A DNA stretch of 64,000 nucleotides from Octopus vulgaris (taxonomy: Eukaryota). Shown one piece after another: positions 14,261 to 29,014 of the stretch. Under the pieces are notes generated by a model that searched no databases, was not told the origin of the DNA, and was given only the letters and a program-made list of their open reading frames with translations. The DNA lies in the NCBI GenBank assembly GCA_951406725.2, contig OX597841.1:12400001-12464000 (forward strand), given 5' to 3'. Position numbers and translations under genes: made by a program. Numbering within the stretch: the first letter of the stretch is position 1; each line of letters starts with the position of its first letter.

Positions 14261-14295
14261 ATTTAACGTTTCCAGCGGAGCTCTTCGTCAGAAAC
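14261..14295 (-). ncRNA. Minimal type I hammerhead ribozyme in (TA)n-embedded element (about 14202-14362)
   Basis: Minus: GTTT-CTGACGA-AGAGC TCC GCTG-GAAA-CG-TT-AAAT; ACGT palindromic stem III typical of Penelope-associated minimal hammerheads. Confidence 0.75.
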
Positions 14296-14360
14296 ATAGG
14301 AAAAGGAAAGATCCAAGGAAGGGAAGACGGAGGAAAAAATCGCCAACGGTACACTCGCGG

Positions 14361-14409
<49 letters not shown>

Positions 14410-14481
14410 CACACATATATGTATACATTAACATATTAGCCTCTACACACATTTTTTCTCTCCTTGTTTTTTACTGTGTCC

Positions 14482-14517
14482 CTTTCTGTAGAAGAGCGTA
14501 GGCTCGAAACGTAAAAG
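14482..14517 (+). ncRNA. Minimal hammerhead-like motif with A6U core change (element about 14440-14610)
   Basis: CTTT-CTGTAGA-AGAGC GTAG GCTC-GAAA-CG-TA-AAAG; same architecture and downstream CCTGAGCGT motif as the 14261 copy. Confidence 0.65.
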
Positions 14518-14606
14518 ACTTTTTTTCCATTCCTGAGCGTTATACAAATACATCTGTTTGATTTGTACACCACCTGTCTTCATCTTTTGTTTTTTTCGTA
14601 AACTCT

Positions 14607-14657
<51 letters not shown>

Positions 14658-14730
14658 TATATAGACATATATACATATACATATATACATACATACAGAT
14701 ATATATATATTTATATATACATATATATAT

Positions 14731-14915
<185 letters not shown>

Positions 14916-15137
14916 TATACATATACATACATATATGCACGCACACACACATATTCCCAAGAGAATTGTAAGGGGTTTCTTCGGCTGTTACTTAAGTTTC
15001 GTGTTTCAACTCATGAAACCGGATTAGGAATTCTGTTTCGGACGCTTTGGTCAAGTGGAAATCTGAGACTTGAAAAGGACGACAAGTTCACTCCGATTCT
15101 GACGTCCACAACATCAACAGCAATAACATCTCATATG

Positions 15138-15188
<51 letters not shown>

Positions 15189-15306
15189 CACAGCACATAC
15201 CCAAGGCACACAGAGCTGCGCCCGGTAGTGAAGTGAAAGCACGCGATAAAAAATATACTACTGAATAATAATGATGATGATGATAATAATAACAACAATA
15301 ATAATA

Positions 15307-15347
<41 letters not shown>

Positions 15348-15639
15348 AAAGGATAAAATCGTTAAAAATTTTCTGAGTGGTCAGTATATAAAATAAAGCT
15401 ATTAAGGACTGTGGGTATGTATAAAAGTCTCATTTATTTCCCTCAGTACGTTTTACTGATGAGGGAAAGTCATTGAACCAATCGAGAATTTGATGAGTCC
15501 AAGGTTAACTAAATTATTTTATGAATTTCTGTCAGCCTACTCTTTCGAATTCAACACGTGTGTACTACAAAAGTGATGGCATTAAGTGCTTTGTCGATTT
15601 AGCGTCTATTTTTAGCAGAGGCATGGCCACTTAATTATA

Positions 15640-15691
<52 letters not shown>

Positions 15692-15806
15692 TTCAGTTGA
15701 ATATGGTACTTAAGTTAAAGGCACCAGAATTTGGTATGGTATTATCCATATAATTCAAAATGGGGTGATTACAATCAAAATAAGCAACAAGGATATCCAG
15801 AGGTAA

Positions 15807-15893
15807 TGCAGTACGATCGTTTCATGCGACTCCATTTAATTGAACAATGCAATCATTACATCAATTTAAAATGTAGAGCAATCATCAGCTGCA
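15807..15893 (-). ncRNA. Type I hammerhead ribozyme, extended stem II, in (TA)n-embedded element (15690-16112)
   Basis: Minus: TGCAG-CTGATGA-TTGC...GCAT-GAAA-CGATCG-TA-CTGCA; perfect 5-bp stem I, palindromic stem III ACGATCGT. Confidence 0.88.
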
Positions 15894-16107
15894 GAAAAAT
15901 ATAGAATGTAGTTAAAATCGAAGGATTCATTTGTATAGTTATTCTATTAACCAAAATCACAAAGAAGTTCAGTAGATAGACAAAGAACATGTTTCATCAA
16001 CAACATCATAGTAGTAACTGATATTTTTTCACAGGAAGAGACTGCTTATCATTAATTTTACTTTGTTATTTAGATTTATTACTGGCGGTGGGGTTAATTT
16101 TATAGAC

Positions 16108-16160
<53 letters not shown>

Positions 16161-16717
16161 TATAATTAAGGGCATGCATATATATATGTATGTATACGTT
16201 CGTATATGTAAGTATTCGTATGTTGCATGTATATATATTTGTGTGTGTATTTATGCTACTTTCTGCGTATATTCAACTGAAGAGGCAAAGCATATCTTAT
16301 GCAAAGTCAGAAATCCAGGATCTGGAATTATCCAGTAATTATTTTGCTAGTTTATTTTGTTATTTTTTTTGTCTTCGCTCCCGGTGTTGTATGAACATTT
16401 TATGTAGTTTTAGAGTCAGGTTTTCGCTGCTATTTCCAGCGTGTCGGTATCTCTTAGATACCCTAAATTATAATTTTGATAATGATTATTACCTTTGAAG
16501 GTTTTTATTCCCATGCTGGCCACTTGATAAGATCAATATTTAAATTAACGATCTTATCCTTATATATATATATATTGATATGTGACGGATTTCCACGCAG
16601 TTTCCGCCGACCAAATTCACTCACACGGCGCTAAAGTGGAAGATAAATTCCCAGCTTGCCGCGTTGTAGGATTGAACCCGGAATCACGTAGTTGCAAAGT
16701 GATCTTATATATATATA

Positions 16718-16947
16718 TTTCTTTATTACCCACAAGGGGCTAAACACAGAGGCGACAAACAAGGACAGACAAACGGATTGAGTTGATTACATCGACCCCA
16801 GTGCGTAACTGGTACTTAATTTATCGACCCCGAAAGGATGAAAGTCAAAGTCGACCTCGGCGGAATTTGAACTCAGAACGTAACGGCAGACGAAATACGG
16901 CTACGCATTTCGCCCGGCGTGCTAACGTTTCTGCCAGCTCGCCGCCT
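16718..16947 (-). mobile_element. OK/MetaSINE-like SINE, full length
   Basis: Reverse complement begins GGCGGCGAGCTGGCAGAAACGTTAGCACGCCGGGCG, has B-box GAGTTCAAATTCC and body CTTTCATCCTTTCGGGGTCGATAAATTAAGTACCAG; further copies at about 20270-20398, 27665-27790, 48420-48565, 54940-55171, 59790-59960 and 60355-60565. Confidence 0.88.
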
Positions 16948-17104
16948 GAAGTGATCTTAAATACATATATATTACGACGGATAATCTCTCGTAGTCCGAG
17001 AAAGATGGTTCTGCATAAATGATTTGTTTTAGGGGTCACCTGTATGTGCTGTACTCGCTTCCTCCATCAAATCGACAAACGCCGGATACCGAAAAGACCG
17101 CAAA

Positions 17105-17220
17105 ACAACGTTGGGGTGAAGTGCTTTGTTCACGAACACAACGAACCACCGTGTCGAGGGATTGAAACCACGAACTCGCGATCGTCAGTGCAACACGCTA
17201 ACCACTTAGCCATGCGCGCT
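17105..17220 (-). mobile_element. Third tRNA-derived SINE family, 5' part
   Basis: Minus: GCGCATGGCTAAGTGGTTAGCGTGTTG...GTGGTTTCAATCCC...GTGTTCGTGAACAAAGCACTTC; resembles the element at 44208. Confidence 0.65.
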
Positions 17221-17381
17221 CTACACACACACACACACACAGACGCACGCACACACACGCACGCACACACATATACACATACACACATATATAGATACAC
17301 ATATTCACACACATTCACACACACATACACACACATATAGACACACATACATATATATATATACACACACATACACATACG

Positions 17382-17415
<34 letters not shown>

Positions 17416-17763
17416 TACACACATGCACGTATATATATACGCATACACACACACACATATATATACGCACAAACGCATGCACGCACACACACGCTCACGC
17501 ATGCAACACACACAAGCATACATCTAGGTATACATGTTACAGTAAAAGCAGTATTGTCGTTGGAATACTCAGCCACTTCCATGATAATTCAATTATTTGC
17601 CAGTTGAATTACTCCAACAACTGGAATCCAACATCATCGTCGCAACCGATGGAGATCCTTTTATTTTTTTTATGTACTGTGTGTTTGTGTATATCTGTGT
17701 GTACATATGGGTATATATGTGTATGTGTGTGTGTGTATGTGTATGTGTGTGCGCATATGTGAA

Positions 17764-17848
<85 letters not shown>

Positions 17849-17853
17849 AACTT

Positions 17854-18616
17854 GAGTCGAGACATGTTAAACGTACCAGCTGTTATCAAGGGTTGAACCC
17901 TGCACTTCGAAACTCCACTGAAACTTTTATTTCCACTGCCCCACCCCCTTTTTCTTGAGCCTTCTCTATCCCCCGGTCCCCTCCCCATTGCACCACCACC
18001 CACACACACTTTATACCCCAAGAGGTGGAGAAGGGGTCTCACTCCCTGCTGTCAGTAGATATTGGTTCCTTCACATTCCACGCTCCGGCAGCATCCTGCC
18101 TCGAGCAACACCACCAGTCACTGGCCTTGGGCTAAACACTAACAACAAGGCGAGGCACATCAAATGATGTATTCCTAGATAGACTAAGTTAGAAAAAAAT
18201 ATGGGATTGTCTTGACTGGGATTGAAACCACGAACTCGCGATCGTCAGCGCAACACGCTAACCACTTAGCCATGCGCGCTCTACACTCACACACAGACGC
18301 ACGCACACACATATATAGATACACACATATAGATACACATATTCACACACATCCACACACGCATACACACACATATAGACGCACGTGGAATGTGAAGGAA
18401 CCAATATCTACTGACAGCAGGGAGTAAGGCCCCTTCTCCACCTCTTGGGGTATAAAGTGTGTGTGTGTGTGTGGGGGTGCAATGGGGAGGGGACCGGGGG
18501 GTAGAGAAGGCTCAAGAAAAAGGGGGTGGGGCAGTGGAAATAAAAGTTTCAGTGGAGTTTCGAGGTGCAGGGTTCAACCCTTGATAACAGCTGGTACGTT
18601 TAACATGTCTCGACTC
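17854..18616. repeat. Inverted duplication, ~230-bp arms (17854-18082 / 18384-18616)
   Basis: GAGTCGAGACATGTTAAACG...CTTCACATTCCACG is reverse-complemented almost exactly about 300 bp downstream. Confidence 0.95.
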
Positions 18617-19280
18617 ATCTGCCTGCTTGCTCAGGAGTGACCTGGGGCTAAACAACTGGGAAGGATACATTATTTAGCGTAGTCCTAGATACACTATACC
18701 TGAATAAGAGAAGTGATGGTCACAGCAGGAACATCTTTGATCATTGGTCCGTGGGATGAGGACTGCCCCTGGGGATAACCAACAACAACAACAGCAACAA
18801 ATACAGGTAACAGCTGAGGTGCTCATGACAGCCCTATCTTTGCCCTTCACCCGAGCCCCTCACCTTGATGTCCTCCAAGGTGGGCTTCTCACCTTGGTCT
18901 ATCTACGCTTCGCCTCCACCTTTATGTCAAGGGGTGGGGGATACACCACCACCACCACCACGAGGGAGACGGAAGGGGTGTGGGCTGACATGCCAGCATC
19001 CAGCCCTACAACCCTGGGTCACCCATCCTGCTTCACAAGAAGTCATTATCAGAGATTCTGGAGTGAAGGTCATTAAGATTGATTGATAGTGGTGGCGGGA
19101 AAGCTTGTCTGTCTGCCTGTGTGTCTGTCTCCGAAAACGATCTCTTTGAGGCGAGATCGCTGTTGTATTTAGGAGCTGGTTGGGCCACACATCAGCACAT
19201 ACATACACACATACATACACACATACATACATACACACATACATACATACATACATACATACATACATACATACATACAT

Positions 19281-19343
<63 letters not shown>

Positions 19344-19364
19344 TATATGTTTATGTGTTATATC

Positions 19365-19456
<92 letters not shown>

Positions 19457-20397
19457 TATATATATATGTGTGTATATATATATGAATGTAAATATATATA
19501 TATATATATATATGCAAACTCACGCGTACATATACATAATTACATACACACACATACACATATACATAAGCATATATATATATATGTATATATATATATA
19601 CACACATGCACACACACTCACTCACACACACGCACATACACAGACACACACATTCATGTATGTATGCATGTATATATGTCTGTATCCATACATAATAAAC
19701 ACACACACACACATACGATATCAAATTGCACTGTTGACACGAAGAGGGAGAGAGGGAGGCAAGGAGGGAAAGAGGCGAAGAAGGAATCTTTGGGTGAAGG
19801 AGAGGAAGGTGGATGCTGGATGCTTGATAGAGAGAGAGAGAGAGGGGGCTTCGAGAAGGAGAGGAAGGGGAGCGCGAGTGGTGGGTGACGGGTTTGTAGT
19901 AGGAGGCGTCTCGGTTAGATAAGTAATGTAAAATTAGAGTGAAGTATTCTGGGAAGGAATACATCTGCTGTGGAATGGCGAGTGTAGGAGAAGAGAGGGA
20001 GAGGGTAGTGGGAGTAGTGAGTACAGAGAGGGGAGGAGGAGGAGGTGGGGAGAGACAATGTGTGTGTATGTATATATATGTATGTATGTATATATGGTAT
20101 GTTGATAAAGTGAGATGAATGGGGATAGAAATTATAGGTGGAGAGTTAGATGTACAAACATGTTTTTATACACGATAAGTGCCAACACACGAAACTTTTG
20201 GTCGTTGAGTTACTCTCTTTGTTGCCGCGAAAGTTTGGTTTCAAGGTCAGTAATTTCAGGAGATGGAGGTAAATCGGTTACGTCGACCCCAGTGCGTAAC
20301 TGGTACTTATTTAATCGACCCTGAAGGGATGAAAGGCAAAGTCGACCTCGGCGGAATTTGAACTCAGAACGTAGCGGCAGACTGCCAGCACGCCGCC

Positions 20398-20836
<439 letters not shown>

Positions 20837-20865
20837 TAACTGGGTCTCAAATCAAAATAGCTTAC

Positions 20866-21238
20866 AAATGGTACAAGGACCATACCGAGGCTGTAACTGA
20901 GGGAGAAAATGTAACGATTCATTGGGACTTTCCAGTACATAGAGAACGGACCGTCAAAGCTAATCAGCCAGATATTGTTGTGAAAGACCAAAACAATAAA
21001 ATCTGTTTTTATTGATTGACATGAGCAGAGCCTGGTGACCATAGTGTCTCGGCAAAAGAGTTTGATCAGCTCAGAAAATATAAATATTCGCTAATCGAAA
21101 CCGAAAAGAGGTGGCATCTGAAGACGGTTACAAATACCAGTGATTGTAGGAGCACTTGGAATGGTCAAAACAGGAACTGAAAATTATTTAAGAATGATCC
21201 CTGGCTTACCAGCCATGCCGGAAGTGCAAAAGATTGCA
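20866..21238 (+). pseudogene. R4/Dong-type LINE restriction-like endonuclease fragment
   Basis: KWYKDHTEAVTEGENVTIHWDFPV...ANQPDIVVKD...IDMS...KE...KYK...IPVIVGALGMV...EVQKIA, with frameshifts (PD..D/E RLE motif). Confidence 0.85.
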
Positions 21239-21455
21239 GTTTCCCATATTTGCCAGTAGATGGCGTCGTAGTGACTACTGTTGCTGCCGCCGCTGCAGTT
21301 GAAGTCTTTCTTCCTCCAGGATTGTGACGACGCACAGACATCCTTGACAAGAAATAAAAATTGCGATTAGGGAAATTAATCAACAGTTTTAATGGATCCG
21401 CACACACACACACACACATGTATGTATGTATACACACATATATATATATACGCAC

Positions 21456-21488
<33 letters not shown>

Positions 21489-22744
21489 TATATACATGCA
21501 TATATAAGCACATATATGTATATACACACATATACACAGATGCACATATACATGTGCATATGTACACTCATCACATGCATCATGCACACGCACATACATA
21601 TAGACACAAATACATAGACATACATACACACACATACACACACACACGCACACACAGCTACACATGCATACAGATACTCACATATACACATACACACTAA
21701 CACGCATATATACACACACATACACACATACTCACACACTTTCTCTCCCCTTTCATTCCCCTTCACCCCACCCCTCCATTTATTTCTCCCCCTCTCCGCT
21801 CCTATCAAATACGGTTGCTTATTGACACAAACATCATCACACACACACAAACACACAGACACACACACAAACATACACACACACACTCACACACACGTCT
21901 GTAATCACATATTTCTCTCCACCGCCGCCACCGCCGCCGCCGCCGCCACCGCCGCCGCCGCTCCACCCCTGCCGTTCGCTGCTATTTACGACACTAGCGC
22001 CATCTTCCGTGTTTAAAGAAGCCAGCTGTTAATTTGTTTACGTTGCACCCAGTTCGGTGGTTGACGAGGTCAAGGTACCCGGGGTAGAGATCTAGCTGAA
22101 CCGGGTACGTGTCATCTCAATAACCAGAATGAAATATCTTTGGAAGATCAGCCTCAAACCGGAAGTGAGTTTTTCTTTTCGAGAGAGCAGTGATGGGGGT
22201 GCGGGGTGGGGGTGGCTGTGAACTATTACAGCAGTGGTCGTATTTGGGTGGGTGAAACGGGTAGAAGAGACGTTATGTACGGTTAATGTGGTGGTCATAT
22301 TTGGCTGTTGCTGTATAACCCCAGGTCAGCCCTCAGTAGTCAAATCTATGATCAAATGACGTTCTGATCATGACCATCCCGCCAGTTAAGATACTAGGGG
22401 TGGGGGTAACACATGTAATGAACCCTTCCTTTGTTCCTTAAACAAAAATATTTATTTCTATTTATTATTGTCTGGTCTACAAACAGCTATGTCCAGCATA
22501 GCCCCGACAACCTGAACATCAAATTCAGAGATCGTCAATGACCGGGGATTCTTGCCATACCCTCACCCCTGCACGATTCGCAACATACTCGCACCCCAGC
22601 TCAATTTCTTCCCCACCCCCAACAGGCCCAGCTGTATTTAACATTATCCCAAAACAAATCAATCAAGGAAAAGATCCCATAAACTTCAAATGATATTTGG
22701 AGAATTTCTTCAAGGGAAACCCAGATAAGTCACCTACATCTGAG

Positions 22745-23086
22745 GAGGGCGCAAGTCGGGTGGACAAGCCACCTTGTTCGAATACCTGACACGTGACTCC
22801 CCAAGAGACTATTTTACAGGGAACAGCGGAAGGCAAACGCACGCCAGGGTGGAGAGAAAAAGCGCTTCAAAGACACACTCAACACCTCAGTGAAGAGAGC
22901 GTTTAGGTCGAGCCCGACACCCGGGAAACGCAAGCGCAAGCCCTGCCTTCTACGAACAGAACCGGATTGCAAAGACACAAAGAAAACGCGAACTGCGCAA
23001 ATCCAGAGTCTATTCGTCGTCTTCAGACCCAGCAGACCGTCAGTGCCTGACCTGCGATAGAGTATTCGGCAACGACGGACGAACGA
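22745..23086 (+). pseudogene. Degenerate RTE LINE 3' fragment
   Basis: RAQVGWTSHLVRIPDT*LPKRLFY...GGEKKRFKDTL, then a CxxC motif and terminal CAACGACGGACGAAC. Confidence 0.75.
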
Positions 23087-23607
23087 ATCTATGTCTATCT
23101 ATGGATAGTCTATAAGGAAGCCTCTGACACTGTTTCTTACTCGCAAACAACAGAGTGACTAAAAGGCTGCAACCGCCAAAGTGAATGTACCAAGGTTACA
23201 CAGCGAAGTACTGAGCGCAATTTTTCGATTAAAACTTTTCACAGTATCGAACACGATACCTTGCGGTATTAATCCGTTCAAATCCCGCTGTATATTTACT
23301 CCGTGGCCAGGTTTGACGCCAACCAACAAGCACTTGGTGTGGACGAGGCCATTCGATTCACTCTATTGTCCGAGACCCTATTAAGGGCGAAGGACATACT
23401 TTTCTCTAAGTAAACAATTTACAAAATGCTATCGCTCCAGCTGGGGCGGTCACTCTAGTGTCAGCCTGAACAGAATGAGGCCAGACTTTTTAAAGAGATA
23501 TTTGTATTCTCGCGTGACTAACGTTTGTTGACAGGCAGACAGGCAGCAGACAGACTAAGAAAAAGACACACAGGCAGAAAGGGATAGATAGATAGATAGA
23601 ATGATAA

Positions 23608-23672
<65 letters not shown>

Positions 23673-23683
23673 TAGATAGATAG

Positions 23684-24170
23684 ATGTGTTTCTTTATTAG
23701 CCACACATGGCTGCACACGGGACAGATTACAAAGTAGAGCTTTTCTTTTTTTGGAGAAAAAAAATAGTAGGGTAGGATTTCGATCAAAAGGGATCGTAAG
23801 AGAGAAAGAAGAAAAAAAGAAAAAAGGAAAAGAAACAAAAGAAAAGAAAAAAAGAAAACTGTAGAAAAAAGAGGAAAAAAGGGGGAGAGGAAAAAAAAAA
23901 CGATCAATAGGGATCGTGTATCACAGTGTCATGATGTAAGGTGTAAAGGGGAAAGCAGATAAGGTTTATCCGTGGGAAGAAAAGCCTACGGAAAAGACTA
24001 CGGTAACCTCGGTCAATATTGTTATATGTTACCACATTTGTTTGCAAGTGGGTAACCTTCTGTTTTCAATTTCTGGGTTCATAGGATTATGCTCAAGGTG
24101 GCTTCGTCATTCATACGTGCCTTCCTTGCTACATTCACCCATCTTTTTTTAAAACATTCGCTGGACAAAA
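23684..24170 (-). mobile_element. Second Tx1-type LINE 3' end next to (GATA)n
   Basis: Reverse complement of about 9545-10004 ([23 protein letters not shown] + 3' UTR), ending in (TATC)n. Confidence 0.9.
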
Positions 24171-24215
24171 CTTTTTTCTTTCCTTTCTCTTTCTTTCTTT
24201 ATCCCTTACTTTCTC

Positions 24216-24254
<39 letters not shown>

Positions 24255-24255
24255 C

Positions 24256-24294
<39 letters not shown>

Positions 24295-24330
24295 CCCTTT
24301 CTTTCTTTCTTTCTTTCCTTCCTCTTTATT

Positions 24331-24361
<31 letters not shown>

Positions 24362-24385
24362 CTCTTTCTTTCTTTCTTTCCTTCC

Positions 24386-24416
<31 letters not shown>

Positions 24417-24815
24417 CTCTTTCTCTCTTTCTTTCTCTCTTTCTTTCTTTCTCCCTTTCTTTCTTTCTTTCCTTCCTCTTTCTTTCTTTCTTTCTTTCTC
24501 CCTTCCTTTCTTTCTTTCTCTCTTTCTTTCTTTCTTTCTTTCTCTCTTTCTTTCTCTCTCTCTTTCTTTCTTTCCTTTCTCTTTCTTTCTTTCCTTTCTC
24601 TTTCTTTCTCTCTTTCTCTCTTTCTTTCTCTCTTTCTTTCTTTCTTTCTCTCTTTCTTTCTTTCTTTCTCTCTTTCTTTCTCTCTCTCTTTCTTTCTTTC
24701 CTTTCTCTTTCTTTCTTTCCTTTCTCTTTCTTTCTTTCTTTCTCTCTTTCTTTCTCTCTCTTTCTTTCTCTCTTTCTCTCTCTCTCTCTCTCTTCCTCTC
24801 TTTCTCTCTCTTATC
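24170..24815. repeat. (TTTC)n/(TC)n polypyrimidine tract
   Basis: Directly visible; source of the spurious 381-aa ORF. Confidence 0.95.
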
Positions 24816-25651
24816 TCCCCCCTCCTGTCAGAGAAACAGATGGTTGTTGTTTCTATATGCTCAGCCTACTTTGTCATTCTAGACTCGGTTTTATGTACCC
24901 AGAAGAAGTACAAACACTCACATACACACATACACACACACATATATATATATATACACACGCACGTATGCATCTATGTGTGAATGTATGCATACACTCA
25001 CACGCACATACACACATCATACGCATTCATATATACCCGTTCATTCATACATGCAGAAATACGTACAAGAAGAGCGCGCGCGCGCGAGGGCTGAAAACGT
25101 TCCGGAAAATTAAGTGTTTTTTCTCTCATTTGTACATACAACAGATCTATTTATCTGCATTTATCTATCTCTCTCTATATACATACATACATACATACAT
25201 ACATACACGCATACATACACACATATATACATAATATATACATTTAAACATACATACAAACATACATACATTCATAAATACATACATACACACATACATA
25301 CATACATACATTCATAAATACATACATACACACATACATACATACATACATACATACATGCATGCATACATACATACATCCATACATACATGCATGCATG
25401 CATCCATCCATCCATCCATCCATCCATCCATCCATTCATCCACACATACATACATACATACACGTACATGTGCATATATATATATATACATTATATAAAT
25501 ATATATATTTCAGATAGATAAATAGAAAAATTGATACATAGATTGATGCATAGACAGACAGACAGACAGACAGATAGACAGACAGGCAGACAGGCAGACA
25601 GACAGACAGACAGATAGATAGATAGCTAGCTAGATAGATAGATAGATATAT

Positions 25652-25718
<67 letters not shown>

Positions 25719-25756
25719 ATAAATAGATAGATAGATAGATAGATAGACAGATATAT

Positions 25757-25840
<84 letters not shown>

Positions 25841-26221
25841 CTTGGCTTTCAATATACGAACAGTATTAGATTAAAATACCGATGTGTTTATAACCTTTAT
25901 AATATTTACACATCTTGTCTCAGAAAAATTTCTCAAAGAGACTTTACGTTAAAAAATCCCAGAGCAGGCCCTGACGGTCGGCGGCAGATCGTTGGACCCC
26001 ACTGTCTCGAAGCGATTTGCTCTCCCCAACGAGGAATACCCCTGGACATTGTGCCTTCAGCCGAAAGGATTTGTCCAACAAAACATTCACAGAAAGAGCA
26101 AAAGATTAAATTAATGAGTGTATACATTTATGAAGTACAAACTTAGAACGACGTTAGCGGCAATGTTCTATCTCAGAAAGTAATATCATAATCTCAAAGT
26201 TGCAGATTGCAGGCTCAATAC

Positions 26222-26617
26222 TCTTTTACTTGTTTCAGTCATTTGATGGCGGCCATGCTGGAGCATCGCCTTTAGTCGAGCAAATCGACCCCGGGACTTG
26301 TTCTTTGTAAGCCCAGTACTTATTCTATCGGTCTCTTTTGCCGAACCGCTAAGTGACGGAGACATAAACACACCAGCATCGGTTGTCAAGCAATGCTAGG
26401 GTGACAAACACACACACACAAACACATACACACACACACATATATATATACATATATACGACAGGCTTCTTTCAGTTTCCGTCTACCAAATCCACTCACA
26501 AGGCATTGGTCGGCCCGGGGCTATAGCATAGGACACTTGCCCAAGGTGCCACGCAGTAGGACTGAACCCGGAACAATGTGGTTGGTTAGCAAGCTACTTA
26601 CCACACAGCCACTCCTG
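26222..26617 (-). mobile_element. CORE-like SINE, full length
   Basis: Full reverse-complement match to 2686-3080. Confidence 0.9.
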
Positions 26618-26750
26618 ATAAATCTCGAGGGCCGCAGTTATCTGAAGCAGACATTCCTTTAAACGTTGCGCCGTCAGTACAGAAAGTCTACAAGGTTGTG
26701 TGTCAGTCCCTCCATTGTACCTCCTTCTTGTCTCTTCTGTTTGAGAAAAA

Positions 26751-26788
26751 CTGTCCGATGAACGGCAACGGGAAACTCAGAGTAACAG
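26751..26788 (+). ncRNA. Minimal type I hammerhead ribozyme (U4C core variant) in element ending at (TA)n near 26890
   Basis: CTGT-CCGATGA-ACG GCAA CGG-GAAA-CTCAGAG-TA-ACAG; perfect stem I, GNRA-capped stem II, quasi-palindromic stem III. Confidence 0.8.
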
Positions 26789-26888
26789 GTTTTGTTGAAT
26801 TTTCTGCTGCTTTAAATAAAGCATATTACTCTACCACTGGTATTTGAGTACTCTTTTTTCCACCTTGTTTCACATATGTGTTTACTCC

Positions 26889-26933
<45 letters not shown>

Positions 26934-27887
26934 GCACATTCATATGTACATACATATATATACTAGTATTATAACCCGATTTCATTCGAGTCTGCTCGGG
27001 CCACATTTTAAAGATGAGGAATTTTGCCCTCGAGTCCACGCCTTTCAATTGTGCAAACTCCCCCCCGACTTTTAACATCGGGGTGCACATTTTCAGATCA
27101 ACCCGACCCCATTTACTAACGCTTTTGTCTGCACAACTGCTTATGAGACATCCACCCTTTTCACAAATATACACCCGTCTCTTAGTCTACCTTCCATAGA
27201 TATTCCGATTTCATCCATTAACACCCCCTCCACCTTCTACACCCCCACACCTTACATTGCACCCCTCTCCACCCCTCCACCCCTCCACCCTGTGACGTCA
27301 TAAACTGTTATCATGACAAATGCTTTACGATTTCTTTCGCGTGTAAATGATCCATCCGTGGCAACCCACCCTCGACCCAGACACCCTGATTAATGTATCT
27401 GGCCCTTTTCACTCCCCCCACCCTATTATACAGCCCCCCCGCCTGCCCACCGATCCCGCCCACCCTGCTATCGATTACAGCCGAATGATTTAAGGCTGTG
27501 AATTCCATTCGATCACAAACTATGGATTAACAACGGCGCAGTAATTTGTGACACCTATTTTAGTGCGAAGAAGATGAAGAAGGAGGAGGAGTAGGAGGAG
27601 GAGGAGGAGAAGGAGGGAGAAAACAGCAACAACACCAACAACAAAAGCAGCAGCAACAATAATAATGGTTTCAAATTTTGCCACAAGTGCAGCCATTTTA
27701 GGGGAGGTGTGAGTCGATTACATCGACCCCAGTGCGTCAATTTGATTCCGGCGGGATTTGAACTCAGTGCAGAAGGAGACGGAAAAACTCCAGTCAAGAA
27801 TTTTGAACAAACCTCATCACCAGAGGCAAGCTTAGCATCAACATCACGAACATTTTATATACAATGTTATATGGTGCACGAAATGTT

Positions 27888-27932
<45 letters not shown>

Positions 27933-28020
27933 TATATGTGTGTGTATATATATGCATATATTTGTGTGTACGTTTCTGTGTTTGTGTGTGTAAATATACA
28001 CTCAAACGCACATGTAAGCA

Positions 28021-28175
<155 letters not shown>

Positions 28176-28241
28176 ATATATATATATATACATACATACA
28201 TACATATATATATATATATAGGCATATATATATATACATAC

Positions 28242-28273
<32 letters not shown>

Positions 28274-28347
28274 GTGTATATATATATATGTATATATATA
28301 TATAGATACATATATATATATATAGACATATATATACACATACATAC

Positions 28348-28397
<50 letters not shown>

Positions 28398-28437
28398 CAT
28401 ATATATATATATCTATATATATATGTATGTATGTATG

Positions 28438-28495
<58 letters not shown>

Positions 28496-28938
28496 ATGTA
28501 TGAATGTATGTATGTATGTAATGTATGTATGTATATATGACTATTTGCGTAAATAAATATCGGAGCCATTAAACCTTTTTAAGGTAACAATTTAATATCT
28601 TTTTTTCAGTTATTTCTTTTTTGATATTTAATCTCCAAAGTGCATTAGTTTTAGTTTAACTATCATACACACCGTCTTTGATGTATATATGCGTGTGTGT
28701 ATGCATGGGTTTGTGTGTGTGTCTCTGTGAGTGTATGTAAACATATAGATATTGATACAGATATGTATGTATATATCTATATACAGACATGTGTTTGCGT
28801 ATGTACGTATATATATATATATATACATGCATATATATATATATATACTCATAAATGAGGGTGAAAAATTAGATATTAATTTAATAATACCATCTAGCAC
28901 TAGAGTTAACCACTTAACGGTAACTCTCTTATATTTAC

Positions 28939-29006
<68 letters not shown>

Positions 29007-29014
29007 GTATATAT

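Noticed and set aside
15450-15575. Hammerhead candidate starting CTGATGAGGG
   Set aside because: No correctly placed GAAA/UH half could be assigned.
16272-16335. Hammerhead candidate CTGAAGA...GAAATCCAGGATCTGGA
   Set aside because: Core and stems II/III are plausible, but the UH triplet and stem I are not recoverable; counted only as a decayed copy.
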